Source: Trueperaceae bacterium
Lineage (GTDB): Bacteria; Deinococcota; Deinococci; Deinococcales; Trueperaceae
Length of the DNA: 64,000 bases
NCBI GenBank assembly: GCA_035703635.1
Contig: DASSXV010000021.1
Coordinates: forward strand, 9,620 to 73,619
Reading direction: 5' to 3'
Each line of letters opens with the position of its first letter. Within the stretch, counting starts at the first letter, position 1. Below the pieces are notes generated by a model. It searched no databases, was not told the DNA's origin, and worked only from the letters and a program-made list of their open reading frames with translations. Positions 50,254 to 60,212 of this stretch are shown here, piece by piece. Made by a program: the position numbers and the translations under genes.

Positions 50254-50847
50254 TCAGCTTGGGTCGAGGAGGCCGGCTGGCGGGTCGGTCAGCTCGATGG
50301 CCGGTTTCGTGCTGAGAGCGACGTACGGCGCGGCTAACGGCAGTAGGCACGTGCCGCCCGCCTTCAACGCCACCACGACGTAGTCGTTCAGTCCGCCCAC
50401 TTCTGCGGCGGTGACGGTGCCGATCGCGGCGCCGTCCACGTGCACCTCGAGCCCGATCAGCGCCTCCTCCTCGCTCGGTGCGGCCAACGCAGCGGCGACC
50501 TCGTCCGCCAGGTCAGGCGGCAACAAGCTGGGGTCGAGCCACACCTGCGCGTTGACGACGCGCTGGGCCGCGGTGCGGTCACGCACACCCTCGAGTAGCA
50601 GCAGCGCCCCACCCGCCGTGGGAAACCGCAGATCGCGCACGCGCACGTCGCCTAGGCCGGTGACGAACAGGCGGCCAGCGGCCGCCACCGCCTGCGCAGC
50701 GAGGCTGGTGGACGTGGGAGCCCCGGCCTGGGCGGCGCCAGCAGGCACATGCCAACGCAGCGCCCCCTCCAGTTGGAAGGTGCGCCCGAGGTCTCCGAAG
50801 GGGAGGTAGTTAGCGGGTGGCTTGGTGGCGGTGGGGTCCAATGCCAT
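50254..50847 (-). CDS. rimM: Ribosome maturation factor RimM (divergent)
   Basis: Position between khpA and trmD; GVRDRTAA; PRC-barrel LIGLEV...PPAGLLD. Confidence 0.75.
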   Translation of the reverse strand: MALDPTATKPPANYLPFGDLGRTFQLEGALRWHVPAGAAQAGAPTSTSLAAQAVAAAGRLFVTGLGDVRVRDLRFPTAGGALLLLEGVRDRTAAQRVVNAQVWLDPSLLPPDLADEVAAALAAPSEEEALIGLEVHVDGAAIGTVTAAEVGGLNDYVVVALKAGGTCLLPLAAPYVALSTKPAIELTDPPAGLLDPS

Positions 50848-50863
50848 GCGGAGGCGCTTGTCG

Positions 50864-51094
50864 CTACTCCAGCAGCTGGACTTCTACGCGCTGGCGCCCG
50901 TCGGCAGCCGCGCGCGCCAAGGTCCGGATGGCGTTGATGACGCGGCCACCGCGGCCGATGATGCGGCCGACGTCGTCCGGAGCGCACGTGACGTCGATGC
51001 GCACGTTGCGGCCGTCGGACGTGGAAGTGACCTCCAAGTGCTCTGGCTCGGCAACCAAGTTCTGCAGGACGAACGTGACCAGGTCGAGGGGCAT
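50864..51094 (-). CDS. khpA: KH-domain RNA-binding protein
   Basis: DVGRIIGRGGRVINAIRT; follows rpsP. Confidence 0.92.
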   Translation of the reverse strand: MPLDLVTFVLQNLVAEPEHLEVTSTSDGRNVRIDVTCAPDDVGRIIGRGGRVINAIRTLARAAADGRQRVEVQLLE

Positions 51095-51122
51095 GCCGCC
51101 TCCGGTAGCGCTAGGCCAGGCC

Positions 51123-51434
51123 TTAAGCCTTGGCCTGCGCCTCTTGCCGCTTGACGAACGAACTGCGGCGCTTGGCCTCTAGCGAGGCAGGTAGCTCGAC
51201 GCCCGTCTTCTGGAGGAGGCGTAGAGCGGTGTCGGTCGGTTGGGCGCCCAGCGCCATCCAGTGCTTGGCGCGGTCGGCGTCTACGCGCAGGTTCTCGCTG
51301 GTGGTCTCGCGCGGATCGTAGTACCCGATCTGCTCGATGTAGTCGCCGCTACGCTTGGTGCGGCCGTCCACGACGACGAGGCGGTAATGCGGGTTCTTCA
51401 TTGAGCCCATGCGCATCAGGCGGATCTTGACCAT
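51123..51434 (-). CDS. rpsP: 30S ribosomal protein S16
   Basis: [31 protein letters not shown]. Confidence 0.97.
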   Translation of the reverse strand: MVKIRLMRMGSMKNPHYRLVVVDGRTKRSGDYIEQIGYYDPRETTSENLRVDADRAKHWMALGAQPTDTALRLLQKTGVELPASLEAKRRSSFVKRQEAQAKA

Positions 51435-51590
51435 ACTTCTGTTTCCTCCAAGAGCCTCGGAAGGCTGTAGTTGCTGCCGATTGTGGCGAGGCCCCGAGCC
51501 GACGATACGACGGCCAGCCTCCTAAAAGCCACCCAGTCTACACGGCATGGCCCGTCTGTTCCAGTGGCGCGGCTCAGCACGTGATCGGCG

Positions 51591-52907
51591 TCAGCCCCTC
51601 AGCCCGGCCCGCCCGCCGCCGCGCGGCGGCCGCTTGCCCATGCGCTTCATCAGTTTGCGCATCTCCTCGTAGTTGTTGATGAGGCGGTTGACGTCCTGCA
51701 CGGTGGTTCCAGAGCCACGCGCGATGCGCTTGCGGCGCGAGGCGTTCAGTACGCGCGGCGTACGGCGCTCGACGTCCGTCATGCTCGAGATGATGGCTTC
51801 CACGCGCCCGATCTCACGCTCGTCGATGTTCGTGCCTGCCGGAACTATCTTGTTGGCGCCAGGGATCATCTTGAGGACGTCCGTGAACGAACCCATCTGC
51901 TTGATGCGCCGCATCTGGGTGAGCATGTCCTGGAGCGAGAAGTCGCCGAGGTTGCGCATCTCGGTCTCGTCGTCGTCGCCCTCGAGCGCGCGCGCCTTCT
52001 CGATGAGGGTGAGCACGTCGCCCATGCCAAGGATGCGCCCGGCGACGCGGTCTGGGTGGAACGGCTCGAGCCCGTCGATCTTCTCGCTCATGCCCGCGTA
52101 GTAGATCGGCTTGCCCGTCACGTGCTTGGCGGAGAGCGCGGCGCCGCCTCTGGCGTCACCGTCGAGCTTGGTCATGATGAGGCCTGTGACGCCGACCTGC
52201 GAGTCGAACGCCGTGGCTACCGGCAGCGACTGCTGACCCGTCATGGCGTCGACCACCAGGATCTTCTCGCTCGGTGCTATGCGCTGACCCAGGTCCGAGA
52301 GTTCGGCCATGAGCGCCTCGTCGACCTGGAGTCGGCCTGCGGTGTCGACGATGACCAGGTCGCGGAAGTCCTTCTGTAGGTGCGCTTTGAGGCGCGCGGC
52401 GATCGCGGCTGGCTCCTCACGGTCATGCACTTCGAAGACGGGCACGCCGATCTGGTCACCCAACACCTTCAGTTGCTCGCGGGCGGCCGGCCGCTGCGTG
52501 TCAGCAGCTACGAGCAGCACGCGCCGCCCTTGGCTCTTGTAGCGGTACGCGAGCTTGCCTGCCGTCGTCGTCTTGCCTGCGCCTTGCAGGCCCATCAGCA
52601 ACCAGATGTTGCCGTCCGACTTGAGCGTCGGCAGCACCGCCTTCCCGCCCAGCACCTCTTGCAGTTCTTCGTGAACGATGGCGATCACGCGCTGGTCGGG
52701 CTGGAGGGACATGAGCACGTCTGAGCCGATGGCCTTCTCTTGCACGCGGTTCGTGAACTCGCGCGCCACCTCGAGGTTGACGTCCGCCTCGAGGAGAGCA
52801 ACGCGCACCTCGCGGAGCGCGGCCTTTACGTCTGCTTCGGTCAGGCGGCCGCGGCCGCGTAGACCTTCGAAAACGGATTGCAGTCTGTCGCCTAATGACT
52901 GGAACAT
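51591..52907 (-). CDS. ffh: Signal recognition particle protein
   Basis: ALLEADV; GLQGAGKTT; DTAGR; TKLDGDARGG; RILGMGD; SRRKRIARGSG. Confidence 0.97.
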   Translation of the reverse strand: MFQSLGDRLQSVFEGLRGRGRLTEADVKAALREVRVALLEADVNLEVAREFTNRVQEKAIGSDVLMSLQPDQRVIAIVHEELQEVLGGKAVLPTLKSDGNIWLLMGLQGAGKTTTAGKLAYRYKSQGRRVLLVAADTQRPAAREQLKVLGDQIGVPVFEVHDREEPAAIAARLKAHLQKDFRDLVIVDTAGRLQVDEALMAELSDLGQRIAPSEKILVVDAMTGQQSLPVATAFDSQVGVTGLIMTKLDGDARGGAALSAKHVTGKPIYYAGMSEKIDGLEPFHPDRVAGRILGMGDVLTLIEKARALEGDDDETEMRNLGDFSLQDMLTQMRRIKQMGSFTDVLKMIPGANKIVPAGTNIDEREIGRVEAIISSMTDVERRTPRVLNASRRKRIARGSGTTVQDVNRLINNYEEMRKLMKRMGKRPPRGGGRAGLRG

Positions 52908-53060
52908 GATCAGGAGTCTCTAGCGCTCATGCGCGTGGTTTGTACCGTTCGGTTCGGGAACGGGAGGTGCGCGGCGCCGAGCTATCAGGGTAGCGGCTCG
53001 GCGGTAGGGGGTCAACCTGAGGCAGGCGAAAGTCCTGGGGCCCGGTGCTAAACTCGCGGC

Positions 53061-53561
53061 ATGACGCCGGTTACCACCCCAGTCCAAGGGCCGCGGCACG
53101 GCAGTAGCCGCGCAGGTGGCTTCGCCATCATGATAGCGCTGCTGCTGTTGGCGCCGGCTGCGCACGCTCAACTCCTGGCTGACGTGCTCATGACCACCGC
53201 CATAGCGGCGCAGTTCGATAGCGGTGTCAGTTTTCCGCGCGGCACGATGCGCGCGGTTGGCACTGGCGTGAACGCGCTAGTAGCGCGCATTCCCGGCTCG
53301 AGCAACTGGACGGACTGGGAGGCGTACGCGCTTGGCGGCGTCGTCACCGCCCTCGCTGCCGCCAAGGTGCACGAGGTCTCTACCGCTTACGCCGTCGCGG
53401 GTTACTTCGAGAGCGAACGCTCGGAGACGGCGGCGTCCGGGCCGCTCGGGCCAGAGACGCACACGCGCATCGTGTTCGTTGGAGACGACGGAACGTCGCG
53501 TCTGCTGTACTTGATCAGAGCGGGCCAGGAGGTCGTGTGGCTAACGGCGCGGGCGCGCTGA
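53061..53561 (+). CDS. Exported hypothetical protein
   Basis: ATG 6 nt after TGCTAAACT; signal peptide ending AHA. Confidence 0.7.
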   Translation: MTPVTTPVQGPRHGSSRAGGFAIMIALLLLAPAAHAQLLADVLMTTAIAAQFDSGVSFPRGTMRAVGTGVNALVARIPGSSNWTDWEAYALGGVVTALAAAKVHEVSTAYAVAGYFESERSETAASGPLGPETHTRIVFVGDDGTSRLLYLIRAGQEVVWLTARAR

Positions 53562-55099
53562 CAGCGGCTGACGATAGGCGCAACGGCTGGCGCGCGCGGA
53601 CGCACGGCGCGTTGACGCACGGTGCCCTGCTGGTAGTTGCTCTGCTCGTGGCCGCAGCCGCGTACGCTCAAGGCGCGCAGGACGTGGCGGCCGCTTACGC
53701 CGCCGCCGAGCAGGCGCTGGTAGTCGCCATCGAAACGCCGCTCGGCCGGGCAGCCAGCCCAGACGACGCCGTGTGGCGCGCGGCGCTGGACGCCGCGAGC
53801 CTAGCCACTAGCGTGGCCGTGGCGGCCGAGCAGGCCGCGCCGCCTGCAGGACAGGAGGCAGCTTTCGAGGCCTCGCGCCGCGCGTACCGCCTCGAGGCGC
53901 GCGCTTACGGCCTGACTAACTGGTACAGCCGTGCGTTCGCGGCTTGGGACGGCTTCCTCGCCAGTGGGGGAGAACTGACCGACACCGCCCCACCGCTACC
54001 TGGCGGCGCTAGCCGCCAACTGACCACTGACCGCGAGGAGTTCCACCGCGTCGTCAACCAGTTGGCCTTCGCGCGTTACGAGGTAGGCGACCTCGATGAG
54101 GCTCGCGCCTGGTACCTCACGCTCCTCGACATGGCGCCAGACGACCCAGAGGCCCTCAGGTGGCTGGCGCGCATCGCTTACGAACAGGGCGACACGAGCG
54201 CAGCCGTCGTCATCTGGCAGCGCCTGGTCGAGGTAGCGCCGGACGACGAGGGCGCGCGCTTCTTCCTCGACCTCAGCCGTGAACGCGAGCAGTACGGCGA
54301 GGCCGCGAGCGAGGCGTACCGCCTCGGCTTGAGGGCGTACGAGGCTGGTCGCATCGGACCGGCATTGGAGGCCTTCCAGGCCGCGGTGGCCGCCAACCCC
54401 GACTTCGCCAACGCCGCCGTGTGGGCAGGCCGCTCCGCCCTCGAGGCCAAGGAGCCAGAACTCGCCGTCAGGTACTGGCAGATAGCCGTGTCACTCGACC
54501 CGAGCGACAGCAGGTCAGCGTGGTTCCTCGAGTACGCCAGGCTGCAGGTCAAGTGGGGAGTCGTCGCGGGCACCGCCTACTACGCCGGGCTAGCCGCGTA
54601 CGACGCGGGTGAGCTCGAAGAGGCGCATGGGGAGTTCCTGAAGGCCGCAGAGGCCGCCCCGACCTTCAAGGAGGCGTTCGTGTGGACGGCCCGCACGAGC
54701 CAGGAGCTCGGTCGGCCAGACGAGGCCATCGCTTACTGGCAGACGGTGTTGAGGCTAGACCGTAACGACGACAGGGCGCGCTACTTCATAACCAACGCCC
54801 GCCAGGCGATCGTCTACGGAACGGAAGCTAGCGAGGCTTTCTCGCGTGGGTTGGCCGCCTACCAGTCAGGCGACGGGCCGAAGGCCCAGGCGGAGTTCGC
54901 GGCCGCGGCCGCCGCCGCGCCCGACTTCCTGCAAGCGTGGGCGCAGCTTGGGCGCGTGGCGTTCCAGAACCGCGACTACGAAGTGGCAGCCAGCGCGTAC
55001 GCCAACGCCGCAAGGCTCGCGCCAGCAGACGAGGATTACGCGTTCTTCGCCGCCGAGGCGGCGCGCTTGGCTGGCGCCTCACCCGGTGGTGAGCAGTAG
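53537..55099 (+). CDS. Exported TPR-repeat protein; start uncertain
   Basis: Signal-like LLVVALLVAAAAYA; repeated TPR units (PDDPEALRWLAR, PDFANAAVWAGR, PTFKEAFVWTAR). Confidence 0.82.
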   Translation: MANGAGALTAADDRRNGWRARTHGALTHGALLVVALLVAAAAYAQGAQDVAAAYAAAEQALVVAIETPLGRAASPDDAVWRAALDAASLATSVAVAAEQAAPPAGQEAAFEASRRAYRLEARAYGLTNWYSRAFAAWDGFLASGGELTDTAPPLPGGASRQLTTDREEFHRVVNQLAFARYEVGDLDEARAWYLTLLDMAPDDPEALRWLARIAYEQGDTSAAVVIWQRLVEVAPDDEGARFFLDLSREREQYGEAASEAYRLGLRAYEAGRIGPALEAFQAAVAANPDFANAAVWAGRSALEAKEPELAVRYWQIAVSLDPSDSRSAWFLEYARLQVKWGVVAGTAYYAGLAAYDAGELEEAHGEFLKAAEAAPTFKEAFVWTARTSQELGRPDEAIAYWQTVLRLDRNDDRARYFITNARQAIVYGTEASEAFSRGLAAYQSGDGPKAQAEFAAAAAAAPDFLQAWAQLGRVAFQNRDYEVAASAYANAARLAPADEDYAFFAAEAARLAGASPGGEQ

Positions 55100-55176
55100 G
55101 CGAGCGGCTGGCGGCAAGCACGACATCAGTCCAGGGTTATTTCACGCGCCACGGGGCGCAGCGGGAGAACGAGATT

Positions 55177-56880
55177 ATGAAGCAGTTCGAGAAGCGCATC
55201 GACGACAAGGGGAACCCCTATCTAGCCACCCCACTGTCCGGCTACCTCCTAACGCGCCTGCCGCTACTTAACAAGAGCACGGGCTTCTCGCGTGAGGAAC
55301 GCAGGGAGCTGGGCCTAGAGGGCCTGGTGCCGCCGCACTCATCCACCATCGAGCAACAAGTACAGCGCACCTACGCGAACTACTCCGGTTTCACGACGGC
55401 GTTGGACAAGCACGTCTACCTGCGGGTGCTGCAGGACCGCAACGAAGTCCTGTTCTACGCCCTCCTCGAGCAGCACCTCGAGGAGATGCTGCCGATCATC
55501 TACACCCCGACGGTCGCTGAGGCGGTGCAGAAGTTTAGCCTCATCTATCGTTTCCCTAGAGGGCTGGTCGTGAGCACCGAGAACATCGACCGTATCGACG
55601 AAGTGCTTGCCACGGCGCCACTGCCGGACGTGCGCCTGGTGGTCGCGACCGATTCTGAGGGCATCTTGGGCATCGGCGATCAGGGTTTCGGGGGCATGGC
55701 CATCTGCATCGGCAAGCTCTCGCTCTACACGGCCGCGGCCGGCATCGACCCTGCGACTACGCTGCCCATCGAACTCGACGTCGGCACGAACCGCGCCGAC
55801 CTCCTCGACGACCCCCTCTACCTCGGAGTGCGGCACGAGCGGCTCGTTGGGCCGGCGTACGAGGACTTCATCGAACGCTTCGTCGTGGCCTTCAAGAAGC
55901 GCTTCCCTGACGCGCTCCTGCAGTGGGAGGACTTCAGCAAGCAGAAGGCCGTCGACGTCATGAACCGCTACCGCGACGTGCTGCCGTCGTTCAATGACGA
56001 CATCCAGGGAACGGGCGCCGTCGTGCTGGCCGGACTCCTCGCGGCGGCAAGGAAGACGCGTAGGCCGATGACGGACGAGACTTACGTCGTGCACGGCGCC
56101 GGGGCTGGCGGCATGGGCGTTGGGCGCCAGATTGTCGTCGGGTTGCAGCGCCAGGGCTTAAGCCGCGCAGAGGCAGTGGCGCGCGTGCTGATGATCGACT
56201 CGGCCGGGCTCGTGGTAGCCGATCGCCCGGGCCTCGAGAGCTACAAGCGCGAGTTGGCGCAAGACCCGTCACGCACGGCCGGATGGCAGGTGGCCGGAGC
56301 CGTGCCTTCGCTCCTCGAGACCGTGACGAACGCCAAGGCCACCGGCATCATCGGCCTGTCCGGACAGGCGGGGGCGTTCGACGAGGCCGTAGTGAAGGCC
56401 GTCCTCGCGAACTCTCCCGCGCCCATCGTCTTTCCGCTCTCCAACCCGACCGTGAACAGCGAGGCGGTGCCTGAGGACGTGTACGCCTGGACTGGCGGCC
56501 GCGCGATCGTCGCGACCGGCAGCCCGTTCCCGAACGTGCAGCATGAGGGCCGCTCGTTCGTCGTCGGGCAAGGCAACAACGCCTTCGTCTTCCCTGGCGT
56601 CGGCCTTGGTGCCCTCGTCACGCGCGCTACTAAGGTCACCGACAACATGCTCACCGCCGCAGCGGAAGCGCTGTCTGAGTACACGGACCCGATGCGCCTC
56701 ATGGAGGGCGCTGTCTACCCAAGCGTCAGCGCGCTTGGCAGGGCGAGCAGGCATGTGGCCGTGGCCGTCGCCAACCAAGCGATGGCAGACGGCGTGGCGC
56801 GCCGCGAAGTGAAAGACACCCAGGAGGCCGTTAGCGCAGGCATCTGGGAGCCGCGCTACCTGCCCATCAGGCGGGCCTGA
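55177..56880 (+). CDS. maeA: NAD-dependent malic enzyme
   Basis: LQDRNEVLFY; PIIYTPTV; ILGIGDQG; QWEDF; FNDDIQGTG; GAGAGG; PLSNPT; GQGNN. Confidence 0.93.
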   Translation: MKQFEKRIDDKGNPYLATPLSGYLLTRLPLLNKSTGFSREERRELGLEGLVPPHSSTIEQQVQRTYANYSGFTTALDKHVYLRVLQDRNEVLFYALLEQHLEEMLPIIYTPTVAEAVQKFSLIYRFPRGLVVSTENIDRIDEVLATAPLPDVRLVVATDSEGILGIGDQGFGGMAICIGKLSLYTAAAGIDPATTLPIELDVGTNRADLLDDPLYLGVRHERLVGPAYEDFIERFVVAFKKRFPDALLQWEDFSKQKAVDVMNRYRDVLPSFNDDIQGTGAVVLAGLLAAARKTRRPMTDETYVVHGAGAGGMGVGRQIVVGLQRQGLSRAEAVARVLMIDSAGLVVADRPGLESYKRELAQDPSRTAGWQVAGAVPSLLETVTNAKATGIIGLSGQAGAFDEAVVKAVLANSPAPIVFPLSNPTVNSEAVPEDVYAWTGGRAIVATGSPFPNVQHEGRSFVVGQGNNAFVFPGVGLGALVTRATKVTDNMLTAAAEALSEYTDPMRLMEGAVYPSVSALGRASRHVAVAVANQAMADGVARREVKDTQEAVSAGIWEPRYLPIRRA

Positions 56881-56886
56881 GCACTG

Positions 56887-57414
56887 GTGCGCAGCGTTGT
56901 CCTCAGGGTCGTGGCGCTAGCGTTACTGTTGTTCCTTACCCTGGTCGGGGTCATCGCACTGCGCACCTTGCAACGCGTTCCAGACGCGGTCGTCTACTTC
57001 GTGCGGGACCGCGGCACGACCTTCACGCTCGAGCCGGTCAAGCGCCGGCTCGGGCGCTCCAACATCGAGCAGTTCGTTGCGCTCCAGGTCGCCGAACTGG
57101 CGAAGGGGCCGACCTCGGCGGAGGCGGCAGGCGGGTTGAGCAGCGCCGTCCCTTCGACGACGAGCGTGCTAAGCACCGGGCTTGCTGACGGGGTCTTGAC
57201 TGTGAACCTGGCTGCGTCGTTCGAGCACGGCGGCGGCACCGCCGCGATGACTGGCCGTTTGGCGCAGCTCTTCTACACCCTCACGCAGCCAAGCCAGATC
57301 GACGCGGTCGTGCTGCAGATCGAGGGCGCGAACGTGACGGTGTTCTCAGGCGACGGCTTGATCATCGACTCACCGTGGGTACGTGAAGAGCAGCCTGACT
57401 TGCCCGTGTGGTGA
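56887..57414 (+). CDS. GerMN-domain protein
   Basis: N-terminal TM; LAKGPT..E..GLSSAVP; GGGTAAM..RLAQLFYTLTQ. Confidence 0.85.
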   Translation: MRSVVLRVVALALLLFLTLVGVIALRTLQRVPDAVVYFVRDRGTTFTLEPVKRRLGRSNIEQFVALQVAELAKGPTSAEAAGGLSSAVPSTTSVLSTGLADGVLTVNLAASFEHGGGTAAMTGRLAQLFYTLTQPSQIDAVVLQIEGANVTVFSGDGLIIDSPWVREEQPDLPVW

Positions 57415-57822
57415 TCAGGTTCCAGCTACTCTCGTGCCTACCAGGTAGCCGAGGGCGGCTGCCCCCAAGCACAATGCGAGTGATAAGCCGACGTTCGCCG
57501 CTGCCCTGCCGAGGAAACCGGCGCGTAACAGGTCGAGCGTCTGCAGACTGAACGATGAAAAAGTCGTGAAGCCGCCGCACACGCCGACGAGCAGCGCCAG
57601 GCGCCAACCCTCCGAGAGGGGGTAGCGCGCGTCCGCCATGGTGGCGGCGCCGATCGACGTGATGGCGAACGAGCCGACCACGTTTACGATGAGGATGCTG
57701 ACCGGAAAACCGCGGCTGAGCGGCTGTAGCCACAAGGTCAAGAGATAACGAAGTACGCTGCCGAGGGCGCCGCCGCCTGCTACGTAGAGGGCGGCGACGG
57801 CTGTTGGCAGGGGCTGCTGCAC
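57415..57822 (-). CDS. crcB: Fluoride channel Fluc/CrcB
   Basis: GGALGSVLRY; NVVGSF; GVCGGFTTFSSF. Confidence 0.94.
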   Translation of the reverse strand: MQQPLPTAVAALYVAGGGALGSVLRYLLTLWLQPLSRGFPVSILIVNVVGSFAITSIGAATMADARYPLSEGWRLALLVGVCGGFTTFSSFSLQTLDLLRAGFLGRAAANVGLSLALCLGAAALGYLVGTRVAGT

Positions 57823-57841
57823 GGCTGCATCCTACATGAGG

Positions 57842-57918
57842 TGGTGCGCCCGACAGGATTCGAACCTGTGGCCTTTCGCTCCGGAGGCGAACGCTCTATC
57901 CGACTGAGCTACGGGCGC
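57842..57918 (-). tRNA. tRNA-Arg(CCG)
   Basis: GCGCCCGTAGCTCAGTCGGATAGAGCG-TTCGC-CTCCGGA-GCGAA...GGTTCGAATCC...CGGGCGCACCA; 77 nt with encoded CCA. Confidence 0.97.
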
Positions 57919-58165
57919 CCAACGCGACAACGTCGCTGAGGCGAACAGCAATATAGCACCTGCCGCGTAAGCGGCTCTCACCATGCGTTCTGGTACACTC
58001 CGGGGCGTGCTTCGAATCTGCCACGACCACTGGCCACGCCAGTATCGGCGCTTCGGCGCGCACCCTGAGGCCCGCCAAGGCAGCAGGTTCCAGTTCGTTC
58101 AAGTCACGCGGGTACCGATGGCGGCGCTAAGACGCCGGCCTAGGTGCCGGGAGGAAGTCACCTAG

Positions 58166-60142
58166 ATGAAGCTCAGCAAGCGCTCGAACACGATCATCTT
58201 GTGGGTCGTTTCCATTGGCCTACTGGCGGGCATGGTGCTCATGTTCACGCCTGGCCTAGGCGTCACCGGCGGCGGTATCGTCAAGGGCGCTGCCCAGGTC
58301 GTGGTGAACGGCCAGACCCTTTACGACTCAGACTTACAGCAGATCCGCAGCAACGCGCTGTTCAACACCGTCACCGACGGCGAAGTTGGCCAGGACCTCC
58401 AACGCCTCATGGTCGACGAGATCGTGCGCAACACCGTCCTCGACCAGGCGGCTGCACGGGTGAGCATCAGCAGCGGCCAGGTCCGCAAGGCCGTCAACGA
58501 CTTCCGTGCCGAACGCGGCGTGGACGGCGGGCGCAACGACCAGGCTTACCTCCAACTCATCGGCAGCGCCGGCTTCACTGACCAGAGCTTCCGCGACTAC
58601 ATGAAGGGCCAGCTCCGCTTGCAGGAGTGGGAGAACCGCCTCGTCAAGGACGTCACGGTGTCTGACGCCGAAGTCCAGGCTTACTTCGAGTCGCACCGTT
58701 CCGCCTACCAGTCCGAGGAGAAGATCCTCGCACGGCAGCTCGTCGTTGCCGATAAGGACCTCGCCGAGAACCTGCGCCGCCAAGTCTTGGCCGGCGCCGA
58801 CTTCGCCACCATCGCGCGCGAGAACAGCCTCGAGCTTGCCGATCGCGACGGCGCCGTAGGTGCGGCAGCTGGGTCGACGGAGCCGCAAGCCGTTGGTCGC
58901 CCCGCGCTCCCGACCGTTGTGGCCAACGCGGCCTTCTCGCTGCGTGGCGCCGGCATCACCGACGTCATCGTTTACAACGAGCGCTACTACGTCGTCGACG
59001 TCGAGGATTACCAGCCGGCTGCCGACCTCTCGTTCGCTGACGCCAGCCCGACCGTCGCGGATGACGCACTGAACGCCAAGAAGTCCGGCATCGTCGAGGA
59101 CGAACTCGACAAGCTCCGCGACGCCGCCGTCGTGTCCTTCCCGGCGGGCAGCACGCTCTCCTTCAACAACCCGGTACTCGCCACCGTCGGAGCGAAAGAG
59201 ATCAGGGCCGTTCAGTTGGACCGCGCGCTCTACACGAACACGCAGATCCAGCAGGCGCTCTCGCCGCAGACGGCCGACCTCATCGTCGGGCTCTTCAAGC
59301 CGACCGTTCTCAACCAGCTCATCGATACGGAAGTCGCCTACCAGAGCGCCGGTTCGCTTGGCGTGCCGTTCGTCGGTTCGCGCAGCGGCATCGCCCAGGC
59401 GGCGCTCAATTACGTTGGCCGCGACGCGACCGCCACGGAGCCAGAGGTCGAGAAGTACTACGCAGACAACCAGTCGCTCTACACGCTGACTGCTGAGGCG
59501 ACCGTCACGAAGGCGGAGTTCGCTACCCAGGCCGCGGCAGAAGCCTTCCGCGCGGCGCTCCTAGCTGGCGAAGACATCGTGGCCGCCAACGAGGCCGCCG
59601 CAGGCACCATCACGGAGCTTGGGCGCGTCAAGCCTGGCGACCTCCAGACGGAGTTCGATACCGCCCTCTTCTCGACCGACGCCTTCGACGCCCTACCTGG
59701 CGGCAGCTTGGCCATAAGCGACATCCTCGTGCTGCAGGTACCAGACGAAGCAGCAGCTGAGGAGACCGCTACTGACTCGACCGCAGCCGACGCCACGGCG
59801 GCCGACGCGACCGCAACCGACGACGTGGCCGGCGACGGCGGGGCAACCACCCCGGAAGTCGCCACCAAGGACAGCTTCGTAGTGCTCGTTGCCGACCGCG
59901 TTCCTGCGCGCGTTAGGAGCCTCGCCGCCGTTCACGCGCAAGTCGAACAGGCCGTCGTCGCCCAGAAGCGTCAGGCCGAGCGCACGGCGTGGCTCGCTGA
60001 CAAGCGCGCACAGATCGACGTCATCGAGACCGCGAACCCCGCCCTCGTCCTGCCGACCGACTCGCTGCCAGGCGCCGCGGCGCCAGACGGCGCCGCACCA
60101 GAAGGCGCTGAGCCTACCGAGGCGCCAAGCACCACCAACTGA
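58166..60142 (+). CDS. Membrane-anchored SurA-N/PpiC-type peptidyl-prolyl isomerase chaperone
   Basis: N-terminal TM; SurA-like N-domain; VSDAEVQAYFE; GADFATIARENS; second partial repeat; GGAGG SD. Confidence 0.85.
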   Translation: MKLSKRSNTIILWVVSIGLLAGMVLMFTPGLGVTGGGIVKGAAQVVVNGQTLYDSDLQQIRSNALFNTVTDGEVGQDLQRLMVDEIVRNTVLDQAAARVSISSGQVRKAVNDFRAERGVDGGRNDQAYLQLIGSAGFTDQSFRDYMKGQLRLQEWENRLVKDVTVSDAEVQAYFESHRSAYQSEEKILARQLVVADKDLAENLRRQVLAGADFATIARENSLELADRDGAVGAAAGSTEPQAVGRPALPTVVANAAFSLRGAGITDVIVYNERYYVVDVEDYQPAADLSFADASPTVADDALNAKKSGIVEDELDKLRDAAVVSFPAGSTLSFNNPVLATVGAKEIRAVQLDRALYTNTQIQQALSPQTADLIVGLFKPTVLNQLIDTEVAYQSAGSLGVPFVGSRSGIAQAALNYVGRDATATEPEVEKYYADNQSLYTLTAEATVTKAEFATQAAAEAFRAALLAGEDIVAANEAAAGTITELGRVKPGDLQTEFDTALFSTDAFDALPGGSLAISDILVLQVPDEAAAEETATDSTAADATAADATATDDVAGDGGATTPEVATKDSFVVLVADRVPARVRSLAAVHAQVEQAVVAQKRQAERTAWLADKRAQIDVIETANPALVLPTDSLPGAAAPDGAAPEGAEPTEAPSTTN

Positions 60143-60161
60143 ACTGGATCGACACGAGTTG

Positions 60162-60199
60162 GGGCGGTCACTCGAAGTAGGAGTGACCGCCCTTCGCTT
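60162..60199 (+). terminator. Hairpin or terminator between the PPIase gene and purH
   Basis: 12-bp stem GGGCGGTCACTC/GAGTGACCGCCC followed by TTCGCTT. Confidence 0.6.
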
Positions 60200-60212
60200 A
60201 GGAGGGCAACGC

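Noticed and set aside
57823-57841. Fluoride riboswitch before crcB
   Set aside because: Only 19 nt between the tRNA 3' end and the start codon; no motif
57415-57918. tRNA-Arg as an integration site for an island
   Set aside because: No integrase and no repeat of the tRNA 3' end noticed; flanks are housekeeping genes
59760-59830. Short repeats in the PPIase gene (TAADA units) and in the SPOR linker
   Set aside because: Low-complexity coding linkers, not CRISPR or mobile repeats
60143-60212. ZTP (pfl) riboswitch before purH
   Set aside because: Only 70 nt, occupied by a simple hairpin and SD; the conserved GACTGGCG and CGCCTGGG motifs are absent
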